A stretch of 64,000 bases of DNA from assembly GCA_964016885.1 (NCBI GenBank), contig OZ024742.1, positions 113,336,001 to 113,400,000 of the forward strand, written 5' to 3'. The notes below the pieces were generated by a model. That model did not search any database, had not been told where the DNA came from, and saw nothing but the letters and a program-made list of their open reading frames with translations. The position numbers were made by a program, and so were the translations under genes. This DNA is from Eledone cirrhosa (lineage: Eukaryota). Shown piece by piece: positions 1 through 13,737 of this stretch (within the stretch, counting starts at the first letter, position 1; each line of letters starts with the position of its first letter).

Positions 1-209
1 ATACAAGGAAGATTAATCATTTTATAAGTTATCTATATTTAAACTTCTAGTTAAACTTTAATTAGTTAGCGACCTTGCTGTGTGTGCTTACACGCTTTAC
101 AAATTAACCACTGTGATTGTTTCATGTCTTTATTTTATATATATATATATGTGTGTGTGTATGTGTGTATGTAAATCAATTCTTTGCTTAAGCTTTAATC
201 TGTTATTTT

Positions 210-287
<78 letters not shown>

Positions 288-386
288 TATTGAAGTTTCC
301 GTTGAAAATTGAAAAAGTAATAGGAGTGAAGAGTGCTCTATGTAAGTTAGAGAGCTAAATTTAATGTGTAATAAACAATACTATAT

Positions 387-464
387 AATTACCAATTTAC
401 CAGAGGTTTCCCGAATAAGACGAATACAAGAAACGTCCTCATTCGTTCGTCAGACAAGGCAATT
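387..464 (-). ncRNA. Type I hammerhead ribozyme in inverted pLTR (stem I partly decayed)
   Basis: Minus strand reads CTGACGA - stem II cgaatgag..cttattcg - GAAA CCTCTGG TA. Confidence 0.65.
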
Positions 465-1293
465 TAAAACATAGTGAAATATTAGAAAAATCTCCTGAAG
501 AAAGACAAATGTATAACGGCAAAAAAATATATATAAATAAACATAATGCAAGAGATATATGAAAATAAAAGAAGAAAATATAGTAAGGGTATGTGTATAA
601 ATGTGTGTATATGCAGCTATAAATGTACATATGTGTGTATGTACGAATGCATGTGTATAGTGAAAGAATGTGTACGTAAATACATACATGAGGGCCAGCA
701 TATGAGTGTATGTGTGACCACAAATACGTATATAATATATTTTTAAAAAATAAATTGTAAGATAATAGAGTTAGCGTACATACAGACGCAGGGATTAAGG
801 ATTGAAATATATACACATACAAATATTAAAGCACGCGTATAAACACACACACACGCGCAACCACATACATGCATGTGTTACATACAGGGAGGGGAGTGTA
901 TCAGTCAAAGCAGTGTCAGGCTGAAGGTCGATACATATATAAAAAATATAAAATATGAAAATGAAAAAATGAAATAATATATGAGGATCAAAAAAATAAA
1001 TCAAAGAGAAAGTAAGGGGGAGGGGTTATCAATTATAAAGTAACTAGAAAATATAGAAAACTTACAGAGGTTGGTACACACACATATATATATATAAAAT
1101 ATATATATACATATATAAATACATATAGACAAAAGCACATACATGTGTACATACATTGATGTGTACATACATACAAAACCGCGCATACATCCACACGAAG
1201 CATATATATATATGTATACATACATGTATAGCCAATCACACGCACGCACGCGACCATATATATATATACATATATATATACACATATATATAT

Positions 1294-1374
<81 letters not shown>

Positions 1375-2076
1375 TACACACACACACATATATATATATA
1401 TATATGTAAATAACATAGATATAAATACACACATATACACATACACGCGCACATACAAATGCATTAGTATACATATACAAATACGTATAAACAGTGATGC
1501 ACACTTACGCGCATACATTCAATATAAACACCAGCCGTATGAATAAATGAGTACAAATTATAGCGGCTGAGGGACAACATAATATATCTAGAGTTGAAAA
1601 CGCAAGTGGCAGTGATATCAGGTAGTGAAAGAAAAGGGGAAAGTAAAATATGTAAAATTGTGAAGATATAAAGTAAGTGAATCAAAAAGAAAGGGGTGGG
1701 TGTCACTGGTGAATGTGAAGTAAAAATAAAGTTGGTAAGTTAAGGAAAGTGAAGACTAAGAGTTTATGGAGGATAAGTATATGAAAGTGAGTTAAGTTTA
1801 TATGAGCTGGAAAGCAAGTGTCATTTCATGTGTGGGAAATTTGATTATGGAATTTGATTTGGTTGATTAAATTAACTAAGTCTAGTTTTAGCTCTATAAC
1901 TTACATAGAGCACTCTTCACTCCGATGATTTTTCAATTTTCAACGGAAAATTCAATACGTATACAGCTCCCAAGGGAATGATCGTAGCATATTCTACATT
2001 TTTATGAGATTGGCACCTTCCAGCCCTTTTAAAGTCGAGCACTCTTTAGTCAAAGGATGTTTAACCAATACTGAAC

Positions 2077-4020
2077 ATGGATAGACATCATTTGGATTAC
2101 TTCATCAATAATATCCCAACACCTTCTAACACTTCCTACACTAAAATGTTGATAGACCAAGTAGAGAAAGTTGTTAAAAGAATGAGATGGAAAGCTTTGA
2201 TTTTCGATGGACATTTTAACACGGACTCTACAGAAAATGTTGATATCAAGTCTCATAAATACCCGGAAAGACTAAAATATATGATCGCTTTTGAACTAGA
2301 CTTAGTTAATTTCATCAACCAAATACAATTCCTTAAGTACTCTAACCCTTTTCAATCTAAACTATCTAACGATATATCAATATTCAAATCTTCTAAAAAT
2401 AAGTTCATTTTCTGTGACCAAACTAAAAACTTAGACGAAGTTAATAATAACTTACATGACCAAATCTTAACAGATAACATCACCTCTAAATACCAAATAG
2501 CTAATATAAACACCTATAATACTATTAATAAGGAAGCTAAATAATTAGCTATTTTTTTTTAAATAAACAATAGAACAGAAAAAACTTGCTAAACGTAATA
2601 CCTATATCACCCTCAAAGTTCACAAACCTGATTTTATTAATCGTCCTAGTTATAGATTAATCAACTCTGCTAAGACTGAAATAGGTTTTGCTAGCAAAAA
2701 ATATTAAATAATATAAACACACATATTATAATTAAGTCTGAATTACTCCAATGGGTCTTTCGTAATGCATTGGTTTAATAATATTAAATATAAACATAGT
2801 TCTAGACTCACACAATTTGACTTTGTAGAATTCTACCCGTCTATTACTCATCCTCTTTTAACGAAAGCATTAAATTTCGCTACAAAGTTTATTAATATTT
2901 CTGATATTGAAGAGAATGTCCTTTTGCATGCTAGAAACACTTTACTATTTATTAATAATGAAACTTGGATAAACAAATCAATCTAACCCAGAGTACCCAT
3001 TCGATGTCTCAATGGGTTCTTTTGATAGTACTGACGTGTGTGATTTAGTCGGCCAATTCATCCTACACACACTTAAAGAGAATTCCATAACCATACCTTT
3101 GGGCTTTATCGCGACTATGGTCTAATACTTTCCCATACCACTATAGGCCATAACTTAGATAGATTCAGGAAAGACTTAATAACAATCTTCGCTAGTTTTA
3201 ATCTTAAAATTACCATTGACACTAATCTTTCTAACGTTAATTTTCTAGATATAAACCTAGATCTGCCTAGTGCTTCTTATAAACCGTAGCATAAACCTAA
3301 TGAAAAATTAAAATATATAAATAAAGGCTCTAGCCATCATCCTATAGTTTTTAAAAATCTTATCCCTAATATTAGCCGTAGGATTTCCACCCTCTCTTCC
3401 TCAAAAGCTATTTTCAATAAGGCATACCCCAACTATAATAAAGCCCTTCAAAACAGCGGATTTAGCGAACCTATTAAGTACATACTCAACAATACTAACT
3501 CCTTAAACATTATAATAGGAAAATAAAATAATCTGGTTCACCCTCACCCCTCCACCCCCGCCCCTACTCTTTAGCAGTTAAAACTAATGTAGAAAATACC
3601 CAGAGAACATCAACATTGCTCCTGTAGAGTCAAAAGTGAATGCCCATTACAAGGTAAATTCAACACCAAAGCCATTTTATATGCTGCTAAAGTATATGCA
3701 GCGAACGATATGTGGGTATGGCACAAGACAAATTCAAAACGCCTTATTACTCACATGTCGCATCTTTCCGACATCCTGAAAAAAGATTTACAACAGCTCT
3801 GGCTATTAGAATATGGGATTTGAAAGACCAATGTATCCAATATAAATTAGATTAGTCAATTTTGAACCAATCTAAAGTATATGCAAGAGGAACAAGAAGA
3901 TGCGCACTCTGCATAAGTGAAAAATATTGAATTTTACAGAACCTTAAATCACCAAAAACCTGCCTAAATACAAAAACAGATTTTTCACCAGTTGCACACA
4001 CTTGCTTTCCAGCTCATATA
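2077..4020 (+). pseudogene. Disrupted PLE reverse transcriptase + GIY-YIG endonuclease ORF
   Basis: Motifs VEKVVKRMRWKA, QFDFVEFYPSI, FDVSMGSFD..DVCDLVG, GLYRDYGL (decayed YRDD), FLDINLDL and CSCRVKSECPLQGK, broken by stops and frameshifts. Confidence 0.88.
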
Positions 4021-4503
4021 AATGTAACTCATCTTCAGATACTTATCCTCCATAAACTTTTGTTCTTCACTTCCCTTAACTTACCTTCTTTTCAGACTTA
4101 TCTTTCTGATTTAGTTTTATTTTTATTTTTAACTTTATTTTTACTTCACATCCACCAGTCACCCACCCCCTTGCTTTTTGACTCACTTACTTTATATCTT
4201 CACAATTTTACATATTTTACTTCCCCCTTTTCTTTCACTACCTGATATCTTTGTCACTTGCGTTTTCAACTCCAGATATATTATGTTGTCCATCGGCCGC
4301 TTTGATGTATGTTTACTTGCGTATAATTTGTATTCATTTATTCATACGGCTGGTGTTTATATTGTATGTATGCGTGTAAGTTTGCATAAGTGCGCATACG
4401 TGTTTGTATATGTATACGAATGCATTCGTATGTGTGCGTGTATATATGTGTGTGTGTTTTTATATCTATATTGTTTACATACTTATATATATATGTGTGT
4501 GTG

Positions 4504-4674
<171 letters not shown>

Positions 4675-5405
4675 GGTCGCGTGCGTGCGTGTGATTAGAT
4701 GTACATGTATGTATATACATATATATATGTGCTTCGTGTGTATGTTTGCACCATTTTCTATGTATGTACTTTTGTCTGTACGTATTTATATATATATTTA
4801 TACATATATATATATATATGTGTGTGTACGAACCTCTGTATGTTTTCTATTTTTTCTAGTGTTACTTTCTAATTGATAACCCCTCCCTATTACTTTCTAT
4901 TTGATTTAATTTTCATATTTGTATTTTATATATATTTATCGACCTTCAGCCTGACACTGCTTTGACTGATAGACTCCCTTCCCTGTATATGTCACATGCA
5001 TGTATGTGGTTGCGTGTGTGTGTGTGTTTATACGCGTGCTTTCATACTTGTATGTGTATATATTTCAATCCTTAGTCACTGAGTTTGTATGTACGCTAAC
5101 TCTATTATCTTACAATTTTTTTTTCAACATATAGTATATACATATTTGTGGTCACACATATACTGATATGCTTGCCCTCATCTATGTACTTACGCACACA
5201 CCTTTCTCTATAGACATACATTTGTACATACACACATATGTACATTTGTAGCTGCATATACACACATTTATACACATTCCCTTACTATATATCCTTATTT
5301 TATTTTTATATATCTCTTGCATTACTTTTATTCATATATTGTTTTTGCTCGTTAAACGTAAGCCTTTCATGATGAGATTTTTCAAATATTTCACTATGTT
5401 TTAAC

Positions 5406-5479
5406 TTGCCTTGTCTGACGAACGAATGAGGCCGTTTCTTGTATTCGTCTTATTCGGGAAACCTCTGTTAATGAGGTAA
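5406..5479 (+). ncRNA. Type I hammerhead ribozyme in 3' pLTR
   Basis: ttgccttgt CTGACGA (5415) acgaatgaggc..gtcttattcgg GAAA (5458) cctctgtTA atgaggtaa; stems I and II pair. Confidence 0.7.
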
Positions 5480-5500
5480 TTATATTGTATTGTTTATTAT

Positions 5501-5592
<92 letters not shown>

Positions 5593-5599
<7 letters not shown>

Positions 5600-6310
5600 T
5601 GCCCCTTCGTTATCGAGTATGGCCATTGCGCGAGGAGAAAAAAAAATATTAATAAATAAATAAAAAATAAAATAAAATAAAAAAGATATATATATATATA
5701 CACATAAATATACACATACATACACATATATATACACACACACATATACATTAATAACAATGATACTAATAATAATAAGAACAATAATAATATAAATATA
5801 TATATACACACACACGCGCACGCATAAACGTATCTATACACACACTCACACACGATAGCAACTAACAGCGCTGCGATCGAATGTGGGTTTTTAGCCCAGC
5901 CAATGATCTAAAATATCTGGCACAGAGTCGGCAACCAAAACATTCACTGGGAATAGCCGGCTCTGGTTGGAGTTCATGTACTTTTGCATGTCGCTTGAGC
6001 CCTCCTACTGATTTACATTCTCTACCACATGTTTGGCAATCATGATGAGTAGCATCTCCAACTGCAGCCTGGTAGTCAACCACTGTTCTTACTTTATGAC
6101 TGCGAAAATGACTTTCGAGTCCAGCTTTGCTTAGGCAGAGTCTCGCACAGACGCTGCATGTCAGCACCATAGGAGGACCCTCGCCGTCTGGAAGTGCAAC
6201 AGCAATGCCCTTCCTTACTCACTCATATGCGATTCGAGATGCCTTAAAGGCAACTTTTCCTTCACATACAGTCTTTCCCCATTTACTACGATCAGCAGCA
6301 ATATTTTTTT
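5593..6310 (-). mobile_element. RTE-clade LINE 3' fragment with three C2H2-type zinc fingers
   Basis: [14 protein letters not shown] then CSVCARLCLSKAGLESHFRSH, typical of RTE C-termini; RTE-like 3' tail ctcgataacgaaggggcagccatca; flanked by (TA)n. Confidence 0.75.
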
Positions 6311-6318
6311 AATATATA

Positions 6319-6416
<98 letters not shown>

Positions 6417-6418
6417 TA

Positions 6419-6450
<32 letters not shown>

Positions 6451-6533
6451 ATACATATATGTGTATATAAACACATACATACACACATGCATACCTATAT
6501 ACACACACGCACATACACACATGCACGCATACA

Positions 6534-6596
<63 letters not shown>

Positions 6597-8940
6597 CAAC
6601 GTTATAATTAAGACAATGAAATTATATTTTGACAAATCAGGAAAATATTTGAAGCCGAAAGCTCAACGTGCTGTACTGATATAGAAATATTCTGATTCCC
6701 TTCTTTAACGATCAATGTATAGCATTCTACTCTTGGATTTAAAATAATACCCGAATTTTAAAATTTCTAGCAATATCCGTATTTCCTCCAAGAAAATACA
6801 GACTGAGGCACACACATCAATTACATCATCATTTTTCATTGAGGATATCTAATCAAAGAATACAAGATTTAAATTTGATACTGAAATTCCTACGGCATGC
6901 GTATTATAATTGTTATAGCATTGCATTGTATTTTATATGTATTGGAATCTTCGTTGCTGTATTGATTTTTGTTCGTGTTTAATATTATTTGTATAGTGTT
7001 GTTGAAAATGCTGTATCAGCAGTTTAGATTTATTAGTTGAGGCAGGAAGGAAATGAATTAGTTCTGCAAATAAAATATTCAAAGATATCTTCAGTGAACA
7101 TATTTGACATATATCACTATAAAGCCTACTTAATTTAGCTTGCGGTGTAACAATAGTTTGAGGTGTAATTATAGGGACGCCACGGAGTGTATGTATGACA
7201 CTGATTTCTTTATAACTATAATGAAGAAAAATTATTATTGAAGCATGCGGGTTTAAACGATGTGAACTAATATAGACATGCTCTTCAATATCCATATTAA
7301 TTCTAGAATCAATATCAGATTTAAAAAGCAATGAAATCAATTGATCTTAGTTTATTGCTGAAATTTGCAATAGCTGATAAATGTCCACTACTTACAATGT
7401 TTAATTCGAAATTAAGTAGATCGTTATTATAAAATATCATCAAAATGTTCAAAACAAACAATAATCTTTATTGGCACGAGAATTTCTACAAATATGTAGA
7501 TGGCGCTCTCAAGGACATACCTGTGGCAATATGCAATATGTTATAAATTAGTAATAAATTAATTGATACCAAACATAATTATTTATATATAATATTTAAT
7601 TTCTGATTCTTGGTTTATAAGTCAGAAATTATCGCAACGAAATTGACTTTCAAATATAGGTATCACGCTCATCATTTATTAGTGGAAATATGAAACGATG
7701 GAAAGGTTAACAAACGGTATCCTTCTATTTTTGGCATTCCAGCGAGGCCCTAAGCAGCTGCTGTTGCTCCTCTACGGTTGAGTAATAGCAGTAATCTTCA
7801 TTCTAACACGTGGAATTCCGGTATCGATTTAGACGTTTAGCATTAATATCGATATATTGGGAGTCCTCTTGAGGACTCATTTTCTAATGAGAGAATACAG
7901 TCCGGAATTTCATAATTGACCGATCATTTCCAGGTTTTCATGAATGTTCGAAACGTAACGGTATAACTGGTTTGAGAATGAATGTGATTTAGCGGCTTTC
8001 TATTAAACAAAGGAACTACTGATTATATTCAAGCTATTTGAAATTGTGGACATTTTGACGTATTCCAATATTAATCTGTCGAATTATTGATGCTTTTTTG
8101 TTTCCTGCAATAATTACTTAGATGGAGACTGTTTCTTCATAACATTTTAACGTTTATTATAGGCTCTGGTTCGTTCTAGTGTGCATGTTATTAGCTCATA
8201 AATTGACGGAAATAATCGTATATCGATGTAAATGTTTTATATAAACATTTAGATCGATATAGGTTTCTACTTTCGAAAAGTACAGGAAATGTGAAACCGG
8301 TAAAGGAAATAAATAAATATACTTGAAATGACTCCAGTTGCATTTTCGATTTATTTTCCTTATACATTCAACAGTGTAGGACGTCTAGATTTTTTATAAG
8401 AAAACCCAACCCTTATGTCCTGAAAAATATATATATATACATATATATATACATATATGTGTGGGTGTGTATTGCATGTGTGTGCATGTGTGTGTGTGTA
8501 TGTGTGTGCGTGTATGCGTGTGCGTGTGTGTGTGTGTGCGTGTGTGTGCGTATTTTCTCTCTCTCTATATATATATACAAATATTACGAGTGTAAACGTC
8601 CTGGTATCATATTGATAATACATTTGTCTAACATACTTTTCTAAATAATATCAGTGGAAACATTTTAAACGGTACGGTCTAATATGAAAAAAATATAAAT
8701 GACGACAAACAATGATCAAACACCAAATTTAATATATAGACATTAACCTCTATAGCATATTTATAGCAACATTAAATGTACTATAGAAGAACGAGGAAAT
8801 ACGTAGCAAAATCAAAATAAATATTATATATATATACATGCACACACACAAACAGCCACCTACATACCCACATACACACACACATATATATATATATATA
8901 TGAAAATATATAGGAATATATATATATATATATATAAAAC

Positions 8941-8971
<31 letters not shown>

Positions 8972-8974
8972 GTG

Positions 8975-9095
8975 AAGGCGTGTGGCTGAGTGGTTAGAGA
9001 ATTGGATTCGCAATCGTAAGGTTGTGAGTTCGATTCCTGGACCAGGCGATGCGTTATGTCCTTGAGCAAGACACTTTATTTCACGTTGCTCCTTC
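8975..9095 (+). mobile_element. tRNA-derived SINE 5' part
   Basis: A box TGGCTGAGTGG, B box GAGTTCGATTCC, followed by gtccttgagcaagacacttt, a common SINE body motif. Confidence 0.8.
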
Positions 9096-9337
9096 TACCT
9101 GGAGTTGCGACCGATAGATAGTATTAGCAATTGGAAAGACCGACGGAAACATTGTTCCCTTGGTCCGATTTGACGAAAGTCGATCGTTCCTATATATATG
9201 TATATATATATGTAGGAGGTTAGTTTTATTGTAGTACAATGAAGCAATACAGATATCGGATAAGAAGCACTCAACAGTTTGTAGGACTGGAGTATACATA
9301 ATATATAAGAACAAAAGATGTTTAAAAGAGTTCCATG

Positions 9338-9408
9338 TATTTTATTATGCGCATTTCAAAGACAAATATCATCATGCAATAATATTTGTGTTTTCATCAG
9401 ATAAAATA
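9338..9408 (-). ncRNA. Type I hammerhead ribozyme, intact core
   Basis: tattttat CTGATGA aaac-acaaatattatt gcat gatgatatttgt-cttt GAAA TGCGCA TA ataaaata; palindromic stem III ATGCGCAT. Confidence 0.85.
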
Positions 9409-10548
9409 GGAAGACATGATACGAAGGTTAAACAACACTTGTGGATAGTGCAGTTTTAAATCAACATATGAAAAGTAGTTTTAGATTGATGTGTGATATT
9501 GGGAAACATATTTTTTGAGGGGAGGGGGTGAAAAAGAGGAGGAGATGAGAGTAAAAAGTGGAGAGGGAGGAGTATAATGAGGAAGGATGAGATAGGAGGA
9601 GAGATGGGTGATAGAGAGAGAGAGATAGCTTTTATAACTGAGAAAAATATATTGTTTTACATAGAGAGGTTGAAAACCGTTGGAGGTTAATGTATAAATT
9701 AAAAGAATTTGAAAATTAACGAAGAGAAAAATTATGTAAAGTTAAGGTTTGTAAAATTGAAGGGTTTAATAACATGTGCGATGGAAAGAAAAAGTTAATA
9801 TGTATTAAGAATAATATTTAAGAGTTTATTAATATGTGCGATGCAAAGGAAATGTTGATATGTATTATTAAAAAGAACAACAAGTAATGTAAGTAAGGAT
9901 ATATTGTGAGATGAGCATGAGTAATTTAGATGAAAGGGAGAAGAAATAATGAATTGAGGATGAATAATCTAACGTCAACAAATGTTTATGTTTACGAAGA
10001 TTTTTTACGAGGTGATATAGAGTAAGAATGTATTGTATTGTGTAATAATTGTTTCTATGATAGGCAACAGTGAGAAAAGGTACAGATTAGGGGTTAGACA
10101 TTAAAAGAAAAAGAGAAGAAAGGGAAAATGAAGAAAGGGAAGTGATAAATAGGAGTGATATAGAATGAGTAACAAGTATTATATAATGTATAATAAATAA
10201 CTTTGAAATAAGGTAGAACTATGGGTATATTTTTAAAGAAGTATATATATATATATATATATATATATGTGCCTTTTAGAAAAAGATTCTAAATTGATAA
10301 AGTTTTGGATATTAGCTGTATACTTTGTGGAATGTTTTGTGGAATTTATGCAAGCAGAGAGAAAACAAGTCAGTGCGGCTATTTATTATAGAATCTAAAT
10401 TAGATATAATGGTAAATGTTTCATCCCAAAAAAATAAATATATATATATTTTTCCCAATATCACACATCAATATAAAACTACTTTTCATATGTTGATTTA
10501 AAACTGCACTATCCACAAGTGTTTTTTAACCTTCATATCATGTCTTCC

Positions 10549-10619
10549 TATGTTATCGGATGAAAACACAAATATTATTGCATGATGATATTTGTTTTTG
10601 AAATGCGCATAATAAAATA
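10549..10619 (+). ncRNA. Hammerhead ribozyme copy with core mutation (CGGATGA)
   Basis: Inverted copy of 9338-9408 with U4 changed to G. Confidence 0.65.
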
Positions 10620-10656
10620 CATGGAACTCTTTTAACCCTCTTTTGTTCTCATATAT

Positions 10657-10845
<189 letters not shown>

Positions 10846-10898
10846 GTAAGTATGTATGTATACGTACATACATATATGTATACAGACGTACAGTAGCA

Positions 10899-10951
<53 letters not shown>

Positions 10952-11125
10952 ATATACATATATACATACGGGTACACATACATATATGCACGCATCAGTT
11001 TAGCGGACGCTTATTATAACGGTGTTTTGTTCGTTTGTCAACAAACTGAACAGCCTGAATTTATGCCATACGGTGTTAAGGCAACCACGTCACCTTTTTT
11101 TGTTTTGTTCAACACTGACACAAGG

Positions 11126-11170
11126 AACGATGTACTAGTTTCAAGCTTGTTAGCTATCATCAGCACCGTT
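11126..11170 (-). ncRNA. Minimal type I hammerhead ribozyme (array unit A)
   Basis: aacggtg CTGATGA t-agct-aaca-agct-t GAAA CTAG TA catcgtt on the minus strand. Confidence 0.85.
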
Positions 11171-11403
11171 TACCCATCTGCCAGATAGTTGAACGTTCGA
11201 AAGTATATACTTTCCTTATGAAAATTAACGGCTGAGCAGCCTAATTTGCATAATGAGTGAGTTAAATCGGTCAGGCATACCGAAAACGATAAGTTGAAAA
11301 AATGAAAACGAAATTTCATTTCTCACTCTTAGTATGGCACTTACTTAAATGTAAGTATGTATGTATACGTACATACATATATGTATACAGACGTACAGTA
11401 GTA

Positions 11404-11463
<60 letters not shown>

Positions 11464-11649
11464 TATACACATACATATACATATATACATACAGGTACAC
11501 ATACATGTATGCACGCATCAGTTTAGCGGACGATTAATATAACGCCGCTTTGTTCGTTTGTCAACAAACTGAACAGCCTGAATTTATGCCGTTAATTTTC
11601 ATAAGGAAAGTATATACTTTCGAACGTTCAACTATCTGGCAGATGGGTA

Positions 11650-11694
11650 AACGGTGTTGATGATAGCTAACAAGCTTGAAACTAGTACATCGCT
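11650..11694 (+). ncRNA. Minimal hammerhead (unit B), C3-to-U core mutation
   Basis: aacggtg TTGATGA tagctaacaagctt GAAA CTAG TA catcgct. Confidence 0.7.
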
Positions 11695-11861
11695 CCTGTG
11701 TCAGTGTTGAACAAAAAGGTGACGTGGTTGCCTTAAAACCGTATGGCATAAATTCAGGCTGTACAGTTTGTTGACAAACGAACAAAGCGGCGTTATAATA
11801 AGCGTCCGCTAAACTGATGCGTGCATATATGTATGTGTACCTGTATGTATATATGTATATG

Positions 11862-11951
<90 letters not shown>

Positions 11952-12103
11952 TGCTACTGTACGTCTGTATACATATATGTATGTACGTATACATACATAC
12001 TCACTTTTAAGTAAGTGCCATACTAAGAGTGAGGAATGAAATTTCGTTTTCATTTTTTCATCTTAACGTTTTCGGTATGCCTGACCGATTTAACTCACTC
12101 AAT

Positions 12104-12111
12104 ATGCAAAT
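12104..12111 (+). promoter_or_regulatory. Octamer motif ATGCAAAT in the repeat unit (also 11244-11251 minus, 12600-12607, 41334-41341)
   Basis: Exact octamer consensus about 80 bp upstream of the HHR core in every unit that includes this segment; function untested. Confidence 0.4.
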
Positions 12112-12184
12112 TAGGCTGCTCAGCCGTTAATTTTCATAAGGAAAGTATATACTTTCGAACGTTCAACTATCTGGCAGATGGGTA

Positions 12185-12229
12185 AACGGTGCTGATGATA
12201 GCTAACAAGCTTGAAACTAGTACATCGTT
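12185..12229 (+). ncRNA. Minimal type I hammerhead (unit C), intact
   Basis: Stem I aacggtg/catcgtt, CTGATGA 12192-12198, GAAA 12213-12216, palindromic ACTAGT; predicted cleavage after GUA at 12222. Confidence 0.87.
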
Positions 12230-12403
12230 CCTGTGTCAGTGTTGAACAAAAAGGTGACGTGGTTGCCTTAACACCGTATGGCATAAATTCAGGCTGTTAA
12301 GTTTTATTGACAAACGAACAAAGCGGCGTTATAATAAGCGTCCGCTAAACTGATGCGTGCATATATGTATGTGTACATGTATGTATATATGTATATATAT
12401 GTG

Positions 12404-12443
<40 letters not shown>

Positions 12444-12680
12444 TGCATGCTACTGTACGTATGTATACATATATGTATGTACGTATACATACATACTTAC
12501 TTTTAAGTAAGTGCCATACTAAGAGTGAGAAATGAAATTTCGTTTTCATTTTCTCAACTTATCGTTTTCGGTATGCCTGACCGATTTAACTCACTCAATA
12601 TGCAAATTAGGCTGCTCAGCCGTTAATTTTCATAAGGAAAGTATATACTTTCGAACGTTCAACTATCTGGCAGATGGGTA

Positions 12681-12725
12681 AACGGTGCTGATGATAGCTA
12701 ACAAGCTTGAAACTGGTACATCGTT
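12681..12725 (+). ncRNA. Minimal type I hammerhead (unit D)
   Basis: Same as unit C but stem III reads ACTGGT; predicted cleavage after 12718. Confidence 0.8.
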
Positions 12726-12891
12726 CCTGTGTCAGTGTTGAACAAAAAGGTGACGTGGTTGCCTTAACACCGTATGGCATAAATTCAGGCTGTTAAGTTT
12801 TTTTGACAAACGAACAAAGCGGCGTTATAATAAGCGTCCGCTAAACTGATGCGTGCATATACGTATGTGTACCTGTATGTATATATGTATA

Positions 12892-12982
<91 letters not shown>

Positions 12983-13115
12983 TATAATATATATATATAT
13001 ATGCATGCTACCGTACGTCTGTATACATATATGTATGTACGTATACATACATACTTACATTTAAGTAAGTGCCATACTAAGAGTGAGAAATGAAATTTCG
13101 TTTTCATTTGTACAA

Positions 13116-13205
<90 letters not shown>

Positions 13206-13590
13206 ATATATATATATACAAACGTCTATATGTGAGTGGGGTTGAAAACGTGTATGCATGCGTATCAACATATTTATGTGTCTATTATTATGTGTAAGTG
13301 CATATGTGCGAATATATGTACGGATGCCGCGCGTGTGTGTGTACATGATCTTGTTTTGTTGCATGCACAAGGATATATTTTTAGAGGGGATTTTAATGAA
13401 GTATATCCATTCGTGATTTTTCTGGTGGCTGAAGTATGATGTAAGGAAATTTCGGGAAACCCAGAAAGTTTACGCTAATTTGCCATCTAATTTATATAAC
13501 ATTGACTATATTTACTTCTTTGATTACATAGTAAGGCATCTTATTTAGTGAATACAATCATACAGTTAGGCATTTTAATACACACACACA

Positions 13591-13737
<147 letters not shown>

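Noticed and set aside
439-1518. Many ORFs rich in YI/CV/HT dipeptides here and throughout the window
   Set aside because: They are translations of (TA)n/(TG)n/(CA)n microsatellites.
5862-6170. Host C2H2 zinc-finger gene
   Set aside because: No TGEKP linkers, and it is contiguous with RTE motifs upstream and an RTE-like 3' tail.
7698-7785. Possible first exon MERLTNGILLFLAFQRGPKQLLLLLY with a weak donor
   Set aside because: Short, non-consensus donor, no linked exons or recognisable homology.
8975-9050. tRNA gene
   Set aside because: A and B boxes are present but the cloverleaf is not intact and it continues into SINE body sequence.
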